Part shown: piece after piece, positions 9,130-18,252 of the stretch | How the letters are laid out: every line of letters begins with the position of its first letter | How positions within the stretch are numbered: the stretch's first letter is position 1 | DNA from: a virus | Lineage: Duplodnaviria > Caudoviricetes | Virus record (IMG/VR): IMGVR_UViG_3300037515_000354 | Span: 5,362 to 69,361 of that record | DNA length: 64,000 nucleotides | Reading direction: 5' to 3' (one strand) | Notes under the pieces: generated by a model | What the model saw: only the letters and a program-made list of their open reading frames with translations | Told to the model about the DNA's origin: nothing | Databases searched by the model: none | Program-made: the position numbers and the translations under genes

Positions 9130-9947
9130 TCAAAACTGAAACGCGGGAACTCCCCGCCAGCATCCTGACGATCGACCCCCGGGTGCAGCGGAAGCTGGAC
9201 CAGCGCCGGGTGGACAAGCTGGCCGCCGAGTGGGATGACCTCATGGTCGGCATCCTCACTGTGTCGCGCCGCACGTCGGCCGTCCCCGGTGATCCGTTCC
9301 ACGACAACGACGCGCCGGACGAGTTCGTCGTCCTGGACGGGCAGACCCGTCTCGCCGCTTTCCGTCAGGTGTGCGGCCAGGACACCGACATGCTGATCCT
9401 GGCGCAGGTGCACATCGGCCTGACTCTCGAAGAGGAAGCGGAGATCTTCCTCAAGCACAACAACCGGAAGGCCGTCAGCTCCACGGACCGGTTCCGTATC
9501 GCCGTGGTGGCCGGTGAGCCGTGGGCCCTCGACATCACCGAGATCCTGGCCGAGCACAACTGGACGGCGCGCGGCGTCACGGTCGACGGCAAGCCCATGC
9601 GTCAGTTCAGCGGTGTGATGGCCGCAGAGAAGATCTACCGTCAGGGCGGCTACAAGGCGCTCAAGAACACGTTCGTCACCATCGAGAACGCGTGGGGGTC
9701 CCGGGGCGAGGCGGTGTGCACGCACACCCTGTACGGGCTCGGTCTGCTACACGCCCGTCACCCCGAGCTGACCTCCAAGCAGCTTCACGGGCTGGTCACC
9801 AAGCTGTCCAAGGTGTCGGTCGGCACGTTCATCGGTGAGATCACCTCGGACCGGCGCCGGTATAACCAGTCCCTCCAGTCGGCCGCGTACAGCTACGTGA
9901 TCGAGCTGTACAACAAGGGCCGCAGCGGAAACAACCGGCTGAGCTGA
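9126..9947 (+). CDS. Second ParB/Srx-fold protein (DUF6551/DGQHR-like)
   Basis: LTIDPRVQRKLDQRRVDKLA...ILTVSRR...VVLDGQTRLAA...EEEAEIFLKHN. Confidence 0.7.
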   Translation: MIKTETRELPASILTIDPRVQRKLDQRRVDKLAAEWDDLMVGILTVSRRTSAVPGDPFHDNDAPDEFVVLDGQTRLAAFRQVCGQDTDMLILAQVHIGLTLEEEAEIFLKHNNRKAVSSTDRFRIAVVAGEPWALDITEILAEHNWTARGVTVDGKPMRQFSGVMAAEKIYRQGGYKALKNTFVTIENAWGSRGEAVCTHTLYGLGLLHARHPELTSKQLHGLVTKLSKVSVGTFIGEITSDRRRYNQSLQSAAYSYVIELYNKGRSGNNRLS

Positions 9948-9961
9948 CCAGTGACCGCCAC

Positions 9962-9988
9962 GGGGCGCCGGATGAACTCCGGCGCCCC
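9962..9988 (+). terminator. 11-bp GC hairpin after the ParB-like pair
   Basis: GGGGCGCCGGA-tgaac-TCCGGCGCCCC; no U-tract. Confidence 0.5.
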
Positions 9989-10004
9989 CCGTGAAGGAGA
10001 ACCG

Positions 10005-10367
10005 ATGAGCGAATTGATCATCACACTCTTGAGTGTGTCCGCCTACTTCACCGGCTGGGCCTTCGGAACCCGGTTGATCTACGGCCGGTTGCGGTCCAGG
10101 TCTATCGCCTACAACACGAAACGATGGCCCACCTTGTACGAATCCGATCCCATAGATCACTGGAATCACAGGGACCGGTCCCAAGTGATCATTTCTTCCA
10201 TGCTGTTCGGGCTGGTATGGCCGCTGATACCGCTGATGCTCCCGGCCCGGAAGCTGGGACGGTGGATCTTCGGTCACCCCCCGCTGTCCGCCGTGGAACG
10301 GGAGATCGAGCACCGGCGCATGGCGGACCGGATCGCCGGACTGGAACGGGAGCTGAAGATCAAATGA
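10005..10367 (+). CDS. Membrane protein (paralog A)
   Basis: Two hydrophobic segments; GAAGGAG RBS. Confidence 0.7.
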   Translation: MSELIITLLSVSAYFTGWAFGTRLIYGRLRSRSIAYNTKRWPTLYESDPIDHWNHRDRSQVIISSMLFGLVWPLIPLMLPARKLGRWIFGHPPLSAVEREIEHRRMADRIAGLERELKIK

Positions 10368-10648
10368 TCTGTCCTTCATGCGCCGAGGGCGACCACTGCA
10401 ACGACTCGGGTTGTACCTGCGGGCATCGCCCCCGTGCTCCTCGCCGGGCCCTGACGGACCCTCTCGTGCCGCTCGGGCCCGAGCCGGTACGTCCGGACCT
10501 GTCGGTCCCCCCCGTGCCCTCAGCGGACAGCACACGGCCGTTCACGGCTGTACTGGCCGAATGGCTGCGCGAGCACCGTGCCGGTCATTTCGCCCGCGCG
10601 GCTGTACTCCGGCGCCGGTTGACCGACTACATCGAGAGGACGGACTAA
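10364..10648 (+). CDS. Hypothetical protein with Cys cluster
   Basis: CPSCAEGDHCNDSGCTCGH; ATGA overlap. Confidence 0.6.
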   Translation: MICPSCAEGDHCNDSGCTCGHRPRAPRRALTDPLVPLGPEPVRPDLSVPPVPSADSTRPFTAVLAEWLREHRAGHFARAAVLRRRLTDYIERTD

Positions 10649-10869
10649 TGGCCGACGAAGCGTTCCAGAAGATCGTCACGTACGGGTGCAACGTGCCCCC
10701 GGGGGGTGCTCCGGACTGGGTTCGCGCGGAGCTTCGTCCGCTGGTCCAGGGTCTGTTCGACGAGGTAGCCGGAGAGATCGCCGCTCACTGGGGACCGACC
10801 GACGTCAACGCCGAGGGTCTGGCGTTCGCGCTCGGTTATCTGCACACCCGCTACGGAGGCACCGAATGA
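10648..10869 (+). CDS. Hypothetical protein
   Basis: TAATG overlap; operon packing. Confidence 0.6.
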   Translation: MADEAFQKIVTYGCNVPPGGAPDWVRAELRPLVQGLFDEVAGEIAAHWGPTDVNAEGLAFALGYLHTRYGGTE

Positions 10870-11273
10870 TCACTGCACTCATCGTGTCCGGCTCCGTCGG
10901 TTCATACCTCGCCGTGGCTCTGCTGGTCGCACGCGTCACCTACGGCCGCATCTACCGCGAGGAGATCGGCAGACATTCGATTCTGCCCGGCACCCCGGAG
11001 TGGAACGTCACCGGAATCAAGAAAAAGGCCCGGTACGAGGCTCGCGTCGATGCCGGATGGATGTCCGTCATATGGCCGCTGAGCGTGCCGCTGTGGCTGG
11101 TCTTCGAGACCGGCTTCTGGGCCTGCCGCCGGTTCGTGACGGACGGGGTGCGGGAGCCGGACAGTGTCCGTGCCTGGGACCAGGCGCACCGCATCGGGGA
11201 TCTTGAACACGAGGTGGCCGAGCTGAAGCGTGCCGCCGGTGACGACTACGACGAGGAGGAAGATCGTGACTGA
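10866..11273 (+). CDS. Membrane protein (paralog B)
   Basis: Two hydrophobic segments with layout similar to 10005..10367. Confidence 0.7.
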   Translation: MITALIVSGSVGSYLAVALLVARVTYGRIYREEIGRHSILPGTPEWNVTGIKKKARYEARVDAGWMSVIWPLSVPLWLVFETGFWACRRFVTDGVREPDSVRAWDQAHRIGDLEHEVAELKRAAGDDYDEEEDRD

Positions 11274-11646
11274 CGTATCAGAGATCGCACGCCGGTACCG
11301 CACCGCCAACGTACTCGGCGAAGTCATGGCCGAACGAGCGAAGCAGTACGAGAAGTGGGGAGACCAGGTTCTCCCGTTCCATCAGCCCGGAGATCACAAC
11401 GGCGTGGTCATCGTCGGCCGCTCGTACACGGTCATGGCGGAGATGATGAAGACCCGCTGTGACATCTACCGGGACCACGCACTGGCCGGTCACCCCGACC
11501 TGCGGAACAACGCGCTGGTCCTCCTGGAAGAGGTCTTCGAGGCACTGGCCGAGACGGACCCTGTGAAGATCCGCGCGGAGCTGGTACAGGTCGCAGCGGT
11601 AGCGGTCAAGGCAATCGAGACCCTGGACCGCCGGGAGGTCTCGTGA
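11266..11646 (+). CDS. MazG-like nucleotide pyrophosphohydrolase
   Basis: ERAKQYEKWG...LLEEVFEAL...RAELVQVAAVAV (EExxE...ELxQ all-alpha NTP-PPase pattern). Confidence 0.65.
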   Translation: MTDVSEIARRYRTANVLGEVMAERAKQYEKWGDQVLPFHQPGDHNGVVIVGRSYTVMAEMMKTRCDIYRDHALAGHPDLRNNALVLLEEVFEALAETDPVKIRAELVQVAAVAVKAIETLDRREVS

Positions 11647-12071
11647 GCGACTGGCTTATCAGCTACGGATCCTGGTGCCTCGCGCCGTTCGGACTGCTGG
11701 GAATGTGGGCCGCCGGACGGAAAAAGGCGTGGGGCTGGGCCCTGTCGTTGTGCACTCAGGTCCTGTGGGGCTTCTACGCGGTAGGCACCGGGCAGTACGG
11801 GTTCCTGATAGGGACGTGCTCTTACGCACTGGTCTACGCCCGGAATTGGCACATCTGGCGTCGCGACGCACGCGACAGCAACGAAGGAGCCAAGGAGGAC
11901 GACCGGCCGTCCGAGCAGGAAGTGCGCGCGGCTGAGTGCGTGATCAATGACCAGAAGGCCACCCTCGACGAGGTGGCCGCCGCCGACACGGTACTGCGCC
12001 GGGCCGAGCAAGAGGGCGTCTGGCCGGACAACCGCCCCGGTGTCAAGCACAGCGACGAAGGAGCCAAGTGA
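11643..12071 (+). CDS. Small multi-pass membrane protein, PnuC-like N-terminus
   Basis: GLLGMWAAGRKKAWGWALSLCTQVLWGFYAVGTGQYG. Confidence 0.55.
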   Translation: MSDWLISYGSWCLAPFGLLGMWAAGRKKAWGWALSLCTQVLWGFYAVGTGQYGFLIGTCSYALVYARNWHIWRRDARDSNEGAKEDDRPSEQEVRAAECVINDQKATLDEVAAADTVLRRAEQEGVWPDNRPGVKHSDEGAK

Positions 12072-12334
12072 TGGCCCGGCCGTACAGCGGTGCCAAACCG
12101 TGGAAGCCCTATCCCTCGCAACTGGAAGCCCTCCGGGCCGTGGCCGACGGCTGCTCGCTCAGCGAGGGGGGCCGGAAGATCGGTCTGGAACAGCAGGACA
12201 TGGCCAGTCGAATATCCAGCCTGTACACGAGGCTCGGTATCACTGCGGACAACGCGCCGGGTCACCATCTGTCGCAGCACCGCCGATGGGTCGCCATCAA
12301 GATCTGCAAGGACCACGGATGGTGGGACGAATGA
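12068..12334 (+). CDS. LuxR-type HTH protein
   Basis: PSQLEALRAVADGCSLSEGGRKIGLEQQDMASRISSLYTRLG. Confidence 0.7.
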   Translation: MMARPYSGAKPWKPYPSQLEALRAVADGCSLSEGGRKIGLEQQDMASRISSLYTRLGITADNAPGHHLSQHRRWVAIKICKDHGWWDE

Positions 12335-12579
12335 GTGCGTACCTGATGACCGGTGAGTTCCGGGACTTCGTGATCGACATAGGCGAGGACGGCGGAAAAC
12401 TGACGATCACGCAGTCCGTGCCGCCGGTCTACCTGATCAATGGTGGAGTGGTCAACGAAGCCGCCGCGTACGCCTGGATCCGGCACTGGCACGCTCTTCG
12501 GGACGCAGCCACACCCGTCGATCCGCCGTTCTCATGCTTGTGCGAGCCGTGCCAGAAGACCCGGGAGCTGCACCGGTGA
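12331..12579 (+). CDS. Hypothetical protein
   Basis: ATGA overlap; terminal CxC..C. Confidence 0.55.
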   Translation: MSAYLMTGEFRDFVIDIGEDGGKLTITQSVPPVYLINGGVVNEAAAYAWIRHWHALRDAATPVDPPFSCLCEPCQKTRELHR

Positions 12580-12779
12580 CCCCCCGTCAGGCGAGGCCCC
12601 GGCCGACCAAGCACACCGGTCTGCTCGGGGTACAGGCCGACTGTGACGACTGTCTCTGGCAGTCCTGTGAACGCAACGCTTCGGGTACGGCCGCGTGCCA
12701 TGCCCGGGACTACGGCCACACCGTACGCGTAGAGCAGACCACCATCGTCATCTACAACAAGAAGGACCCGCAATCGTGA
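12576..12779 (+). CDS. Hypothetical zinc-binding protein
   Basis: CDDC...CHARDYGH. Confidence 0.6.
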   Translation: MTPRQARPRPTKHTGLLGVQADCDDCLWQSCERNASGTAACHARDYGHTVRVEQTTIVIYNKKDPQS

Positions 12780-12967
12780 TCAGTGAGCTGACCCTGGCCG
12801 AGCTGCGCTGCAAGCACGCTCAGCTATCCCTCAGGGCCGAACAGGGGCGGGCCCGGTGGCGCGGCATGGTCAACGCGTCATCAGGCGCTGCCGCCGCCGG
12901 TCGGCGTGTCAAGGATCTTCAGGCCCGTGCCGGTGAGTACGAGATGATCATCAGGAGCCTCACATGA
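12776..12967 (+). CDS. Hypothetical protein
   Basis: GTGA/ATGA overlaps. Confidence 0.5.
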   Translation: MISELTLAELRCKHAQLSLRAEQGRARWRGMVNASSGAAAAGRRVKDLQARAGEYEMIIRSLT

Positions 12968-14652
12968 CTGTGTCGATCTTGCCCCTCCGTGACTACCAGC
13001 GCGGTGCAGTGGATGCGGTGCAGGACGCGCATGCCGCCGGGATGAACTTCCCGGCGGTGGTCCTGCCGTGCGGATCCGGGAAGTCGGTCATCCTGGCCCA
13101 TCTGGCCGCCGAGAATCTGGCCGCGCACCGTGGCCGGAACCTCGTGCTCGTCCACCGCGACGAGATCGTTGACCAGTTGATCAGCCAGATCAGGGCGGTC
13201 GCGCCGTGCCTCACGGTGGGCAAGGTGAAGGCCGCAGACGACGAGGTGATGGCGGACGTGGTGGTCGCCAGTGTGCAGACCGTGTCCCGGCCGGAAAGGC
13301 TCCGGCGTCTGGTCGCCTCGCAGTACCAAGTTGCTCCGAGATCCGCACACCCGAAGAACTTCGGGCTGGTGATCACCGATGAGTGCCACCGGTCGGCAGC
13401 TCCTAGCTACCTCAAGATCTACGACGCGTTCCCGGGAGCCAAGAAGGCGGGGTTCACCGCCACGCTGTCACGCGGCGACGGAGTCGGCCTCGGGTCCGTC
13501 ATCGACGATGTGGTGTTCACCCGGTCATGGCTATGGATGATCAAGAACGGGTACCTCGTGGACCCGGTGGGGCAGGTGGCCACCGTGGAAGACCTGGACC
13601 TGTCCGGCGTCCGCCGGAGCGGGGGTGACTACGCGGCTGGTGCCCTGGGTGAGGCACTGCTCGACACCGGGGCGCCCGAGGTCATCGCGGCGGCATACCG
13701 GCGCTACGCGTGGGACCGCTCCGGCGTGGTGTTCACGCCGACCGTGGCCGCCGCCTACGGCGTGCGCGAGGCGCTGGCCACTGCGGGTACCACGGCCGCC
13801 GTGGTGGACGCTGCTACACCCCGTGCGGACCGTCTGCGGATCTACGAAGACTCACGCAGCGGCAGGGTCCAGGTCATCGTCAACTGTGCGGTGCTGGTCG
13901 AGGGAGCTGACTTCCCGTGGGTGTCCGCCGTAGTGCCCCCTATCACCCGGTCTCAGGGCCGGTTCCAGCAGTCGGTGGGCCGGGCCATGCGCACGTTCCC
14001 CGGCAAGCAGGACGCGCTGGTGCTGTCCGTGGGCGGTATGTCCGGGAGGCTCTGCACACTGGTGGACCTTCAGCCCGGGACCGTGCGGGCCGTCAGGCCG
14101 GGGGAATCTCTGGTTGAAGCGGAAGTCCGGGAGAAAGCCGAGGCGGACCGGACCGTACCCGCCAGCACGCGCGGGTTCGATCTGAAGGTCCGGCACGTCG
14201 ACATGTTCGCAGCGAGCCGGAGTGTGTGGCTGCGCACCCACGGAGGGGTGTACTTCGTCCCCGTGGCGGACGGCGAGGTCTTCCTCTGGAAGGGCTCCGA
14301 CGGTATGTGGGAAGTCCGCCACGCACCGCGTGACACGTCCCGTCTCAAGATCGTGTGGCCGGTCCTGTACGAAGGTCTTTCCCTGGAGATGGCCATGGCG
14401 TTCGGCGAGGCTGCTTCCGAGGATCTGGAGACCGGCTCCGCCCGTGTGTCGAGCAAGGCAGCGTCGTGGCGCAAGTCCAAAGCCGGTCCCACCGAGGGCC
14501 AGATGGCCGCCTGCCGCGTCCACGGGGTGGCCGTGCCCGAGGGTGCCACCCGCGCTCAGGTGTCCGATCTGCTGTCCGTACACGTGGCCAGTGCGAAGTT
14601 CGATCCGTTCGCTGTCCGGCTGGCCCGGCAGACCACTGTCAGTGCCCCGTAG
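12964..14652 (+). CDS. Superfamily 2 DExH helicase
   Basis: Walker A LPCGSGKS, DECH, FTAT, VIVNCAVLVEGADFP, QQSVGRAMR. Confidence 0.93.
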   Translation: MTVSILPLRDYQRGAVDAVQDAHAAGMNFPAVVLPCGSGKSVILAHLAAENLAAHRGRNLVLVHRDEIVDQLISQIRAVAPCLTVGKVKAADDEVMADVVVASVQTVSRPERLRRLVASQYQVAPRSAHPKNFGLVITDECHRSAAPSYLKIYDAFPGAKKAGFTATLSRGDGVGLGSVIDDVVFTRSWLWMIKNGYLVDPVGQVATVEDLDLSGVRRSGGDYAAGALGEALLDTGAPEVIAAAYRRYAWDRSGVVFTPTVAAAYGVREALATAGTTAAVVDAATPRADRLRIYEDSRSGRVQVIVNCAVLVEGADFPWVSAVVPPITRSQGRFQQSVGRAMRTFPGKQDALVLSVGGMSGRLCTLVDLQPGTVRAVRPGESLVEAEVREKAEADRTVPASTRGFDLKVRHVDMFAASRSVWLRTHGGVYFVPVADGEVFLWKGSDGMWEVRHAPRDTSRLKIVWPVLYEGLSLEMAMAFGEAASEDLETGSARVSSKAASWRKSKAGPTEGQMAACRVHGVAVPEGATRAQVSDLLSVHVASAKFDPFAVRLARQTTVSAP

Positions 14653-14664
14653 GAGGATGAACCC

Positions 14665-14868
14665 ATGACCGCCAATCCCAACGATTCAACCGGCTTCCTG
14701 ATGGGCGACACCCCAGAACCTGAGGAAGACGACCAGGGCCCCCCGTGGATCACCGCACGGTACGACGGGTTCTGTTCCGCGTGCGAGGAGTTCCACATCA
14801 CGGCCGGTGAGACCCGCATCCGTGCCGACGGGTGCGGGGGCTGGGAAGCCGAGGAGTGTGCTTGGTGA
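14665..14868 (+). CDS. Small zinc-ribbon protein
   Basis: ARYDGFCSACEE...C...EC; AGGAGG RBS. Confidence 0.65.
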   Translation: MTANPNDSTGFLMGDTPEPEEDDQGPPWITARYDGFCSACEEFHITAGETRIRADGCGGWEAEECAW

Positions 14869-15089
14869 AGATCAAAAGCATCGAGCTGGAGAACAGCCTG
14901 CCGGTCCGGATCGTGGTTGAGCTGACGGTCGAGGAGGCCGCACAGATCGCGAAGTGGACCGGGTCCCTGTCCCCGGTCACTGGCATGACCGGCGAGACGT
15001 CCGAGCTGTACGGGGCCTTGACCGGAAGTGTCTTCAATCGCTTCTGGGACGACGGAGTCGACGGGTACCTGAGAGGTGAGACCGAGTGA
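14865..15089 (+). CDS. Hypothetical protein
   Basis: GTGA overlaps. Confidence 0.6.
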   Translation: MKIKSIELENSLPVRIVVELTVEEAAQIAKWTGSLSPVTGMTGETSELYGALTGSVFNRFWDDGVDGYLRGETE

Positions 15090-15394
15090 AAGCGCGAACA
15101 ATTCTCATGTGCGGTGGACCGGCCGACGGGCGATGGGTGACTGTGCCGCCAGGAGCCACGTACCAGGACGTGATGGAGCCGGTCCGCCCGTCGGTGCGGA
15201 TGCTGTCCCAGGAGGAAGCCCTGGCGCAAGTGCAGGGAGAACTGACCCGGGTCAGGTACCGGATCACATCGGTGCCGGTCGCGGGCCATGAACTGTGGAT
15301 AGGGGTGTGTGAGGCCGAGGCGTACGACGACCGGGCCGTCTTGCGCGCGATCTTGCAGCGTGATGTTGCTCAGTACCTGGGGGCGTACCGATGA
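15086..15394 (+). CDS. Hypothetical protein
   Basis: LMCGGPADGRW motif common in small actinophage proteins. Confidence 0.65.
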   Translation: MKARTILMCGGPADGRWVTVPPGATYQDVMEPVRPSVRMLSQEEALAQVQGELTRVRYRITSVPVAGHELWIGVCEAEAYDDRAVLRAILQRDVAQYLGAYR

Positions 15395-15768
15395 ACGCTC
15401 CTGTAGAAATCAGCGGGTACTGCCCGGCGTGCGGACATGGGTCCCTCGTGATCTACCCGGCACCTCTCAACGCCGTGCCGATATGGGTCATGTGCTGCTG
15501 GCCCGACTGCCCCCGTCCGACTGCCGCGCACGAAATCCTCGCCGACCGGGAGACGGAGCACATCGTCGACCTCGGAACGGAAGGGTTCACGCTCCGGCAT
15601 CCCCTGCGCGAGCGCCTGGACGATGCGCTCATGGACTGCGACGTACATGCGCGACTGGCCGCCGGAGGCCCGCCCGCGAGCACCGGCCGGTTCCGGGTCA
15701 GGCTCCACACAGTGGAAGAGCCGGACGGCGTAGAGCTGACCTTCGAGCCACTGGAAGACCAGGAGTGA
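15391..15768 (+). CDS. Hypothetical zinc-finger protein (DUF6085-like)
   Basis: GYCPACG...VMCCWPDCPRPTAAHEILADRETEH. Confidence 0.7.
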   Translation: MNAPVEISGYCPACGHGSLVIYPAPLNAVPIWVMCCWPDCPRPTAAHEILADRETEHIVDLGTEGFTLRHPLRERLDDALMDCDVHARLAAGGPPASTGRFRVRLHTVEEPDGVELTFEPLEDQE

Positions 15769-15773
15769 TCACC

Positions 15774-18005
15774 ATGTCGGACAGCAACGATTTCCTGATG
15801 AGCGACGGACCCCCGGCGCCCGACCCCATGGACGTGCTCATGGCCGAGGACCGGCCGAGCAACGGACTCGACAAGCTGTACAAGAACAAACGCTATTACC
15901 TGCCGGACCCGGTCACCGGTCTGCTCCGCACCTGGACGCGCGTCACCACCATGGCCGAGACGACCAGTGATCTTTACGCACTGAACCTCTGGCGTATCCG
16001 CATGATGATCATCGGTCTGACCCGGAACCCGGAGCTGCTCGACGAACTACGGGAGCTGGACGAGTTCGACCCCGAGACCGGCAAGGGAAAGCTCGACCCC
16101 AAGCTGCACAAAGACAAGTTGAACAAGATCGGATTCCGGTCGCAGGATCTCGCCGGAGCCAAGGTGCCCGCCGGGTGGGGCACCCGCATGCACACCTGGA
16201 TCGAGAAGCTGTCCCGCGACGAGATCACTCTGTCCGAGGTGGAGGACAAGTACCGCGACGAGGTGACCGCGTGGCATGCCGCGATGCAGGGTGCGGAGCT
16301 GTCCGCCGTGCCCCATCTCATCGAGCGCCGGGTGTCCATTCCTGTGTACGGCACGGCTGGGACCTTGGACCAGATCGACCGTGTGCACCGGTCCCGGTCC
16401 ATCCGGCTCGGTAACCGGGTCGTCCGGCTCAACGCGGGTGACCACCTCGTGGGCGACGTCAAGGGGTTGGCCCTCACGGAGCGCATCCCTACTCCGGACG
16501 GCTGGGCGACCATGGGCGAACTCCGCACCGGTGACCAGGTGTTCGACGCGTACGGCACGCCGTGCAACGTGACCGAGAAGTCCCCGGTGAAGAGGATCGG
16601 AACGTACATCGTCCGGTTCGATGACGGGTCCTCCGTGGTGTGCGACCGTGAGCACATCTGGTGGACGGCTGCCGGATTCGGGACCAACGTGCGCCCTCCG
16701 TTCAAGCCGACTGCCAAGCCCGTATCAGAGATCATCAGTACGTTGCGGAACAGCAACGGGGCGCAGCACCGGGTTCCGGTGGCCGGTCCATTGGATCTTC
16801 CGGAATCCGATCTCCCCATTGATCCGTACCTCTTGGGGTGCTGGCTCGGGGACGGTGCGGTACGCGGTGGGACCATTCACAAGGGCCGCGATCTGTTCGA
16901 GATCCTGGAAGCTGATGGTCATTCGCTCGGGGTGGAACAGGACGACAAATCTGATCACTGTGTTGCACGCACAGTGATCGGCTTGACTACGCAGCTCCGG
17001 GCGGCTGGTTTGCTGCACAACAAGCACATCCCGGCCTACTACCTCCGGGCATCCGCCGGGCAGCGTGTGCGCCTGCTACAGGGCTTGATGGACACCGACG
17101 GGACATGGAACACCGCTCGGAATTCCGCCGCGTTCAGCACCACGGACAAGGCTCTCGCCGGACAGGTTGAAGAGCTGATGCTGTCCCTTGGGCAGCGTCC
17201 GCACGTGTCATACATGAAACGGCACGGGTACGGCTTGACCGTGGACTCATGGACGGTAGAGATCACCCCGGTTGATCTCAACCCGTTCCGGCTGCCCCGG
17301 AAGGCGGACCAGGCCGCCGCGTCCGTCAAGTCGGTGACCCGATCACGTCGTCGGGTGATCACCCAAGTACTTCCGGGCCCGGATGTCGACACGGCGTGCA
17401 TCGCGGTCGACTCCCCGACGCACACCTATCTGTGCGGGGACCGGATGATCCCCACGCACAACAGCGGCCGGGATCTTGACTACGGGTGGGGGGAGATCTC
17501 CATCCAGATGGCTCTCTACGCGCACGGCGCGCGCGAAGGGCTGGTTGCCCGCTGGGATCCGGACGCCGAGACAGCCGACCCGGACGACCCCGGGGCGTGG
17601 GTGTGGGAGGACATCGGCATACCCCCCAAGTCGATCAGACAGGATGTCGGAGTGGTCATGCACGTGCCCATCGGTGAGAAGACGTGCACCCTGCACTGGA
17701 TAGACCTCACCGAGGGCTGGAAGGCCGTACAGCTTTGCGACAACGTACGGGACTGGCGGAAGGCCAAGGGACTCCAGACTCCGTTCTCCATCGCCGAGGT
17801 GCCCACCGACGATCCGGGGTCCAGTCCCCGGGTGCGTGCGTCCAGTTGGCAGGAACGGTTCGCGTCGATCACGTCCAGGCCGCACGCCACGCTGCTGTAC
17901 CGGGAGTACCTCCGCGCCGGTGGGGTGCACGGCAGCCCTGAGGCGAACCGGCTCATCGCCATAGCGACCAAGCACCTGGAACAGCTCGAAGAGTCCAGCG
18001 CGTAG
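15774..18005 (+). CDS. PD-(D/E)XK (RecB/Cas4-like) exonuclease interrupted by an intein
   Basis: AGTLD...GDVK|SG...IQMALYA after removal of the intein. Confidence 0.88.
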   Translation: MSDSNDFLMSDGPPAPDPMDVLMAEDRPSNGLDKLYKNKRYYLPDPVTGLLRTWTRVTTMAETTSDLYALNLWRIRMMIIGLTRNPELLDELRELDEFDPETGKGKLDPKLHKDKLNKIGFRSQDLAGAKVPAGWGTRMHTWIEKLSRDEITLSEVEDKYRDEVTAWHAAMQGAELSAVPHLIERRVSIPVYGTAGTLDQIDRVHRSRSIRLGNRVVRLNAGDHLVGDVKGLALTERIPTPDGWATMGELRTGDQVFDAYGTPCNVTEKSPVKRIGTYIVRFDDGSSVVCDREHIWWTAAGFGTNVRPPFKPTAKPVSEIISTLRNSNGAQHRVPVAGPLDLPESDLPIDPYLLGCWLGDGAVRGGTIHKGRDLFEILEADGHSLGVEQDDKSDHCVARTVIGLTTQLRAAGLLHNKHIPAYYLRASAGQRVRLLQGLMDTDGTWNTARNSAAFSTTDKALAGQVEELMLSLGQRPHVSYMKRHGYGLTVDSWTVEITPVDLNPFRLPRKADQAAASVKSVTRSRRRVITQVLPGPDVDTACIAVDSPTHTYLCGDRMIPTHNSGRDLDYGWGEISIQMALYAHGAREGLVARWDPDAETADPDDPGAWVWEDIGIPPKSIRQDVGVVMHVPIGEKTCTLHWIDLTEGWKAVQLCDNVRDWRKAKGLQTPFSIAEVPTDDPGSSPRVRASSWQERFASITSRPHATLLYREYLRAGGVHGSPEANRLIAIATKHLEQLEESSA
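16464..17462 (+). mobile_element. Class 3 intein (333 aa) with LAGLIDADG homing endonuclease
   Basis: Starts GLALTERIPTPDGW, ends IPTHN|S; WCT triplet (EHIW, TACI, PTHN); LLGCWLGDG and LLQGLMDTDG. Confidence 0.92.
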
Positions 18006-18123
18006 GTTTACCGTGTGCTTATGCAATCTGTTGGTACTATGAACCTGCGGGCCGGTCCACGGGCCGTGACAACTGAATAGCCGGGCCCGTTGCGCTCCGC
18101 AAACACACCGGGTCCGGCGTCAG

Positions 18124-18196
18124 TCCTCCGTAGCTCAGTTGGCAGAGCACCGTCCTGTTAAGTCGGTGGCCGCTGGTTCGAGTCCAGCCGGGGGAG
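18124..18196 (+). tRNA. trnN: tRNA-Asn (GTT)
   Basis: Cloverleaf TCCTCCG/CGGGGGA, D arm GCTC/GAGC, loop CTGTTAA, T loop TTCGAGT; one U-U mismatch in the anticodon stem; no encoded CCA. Confidence 0.92.
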
Positions 18197-18252
18197 CGCA
18201 TCACACAACCCAACAAGCCCGCAGCCCGCAGCACACAGCAAAGGATCACAGC

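Noticed and set aside
15774-18005. Cas4 as evidence of a CRISPR system
   Set aside because: No Fe-S cysteine pattern or other cas genes; it fits a stand-alone phage PD-(D/E)XK exonuclease.
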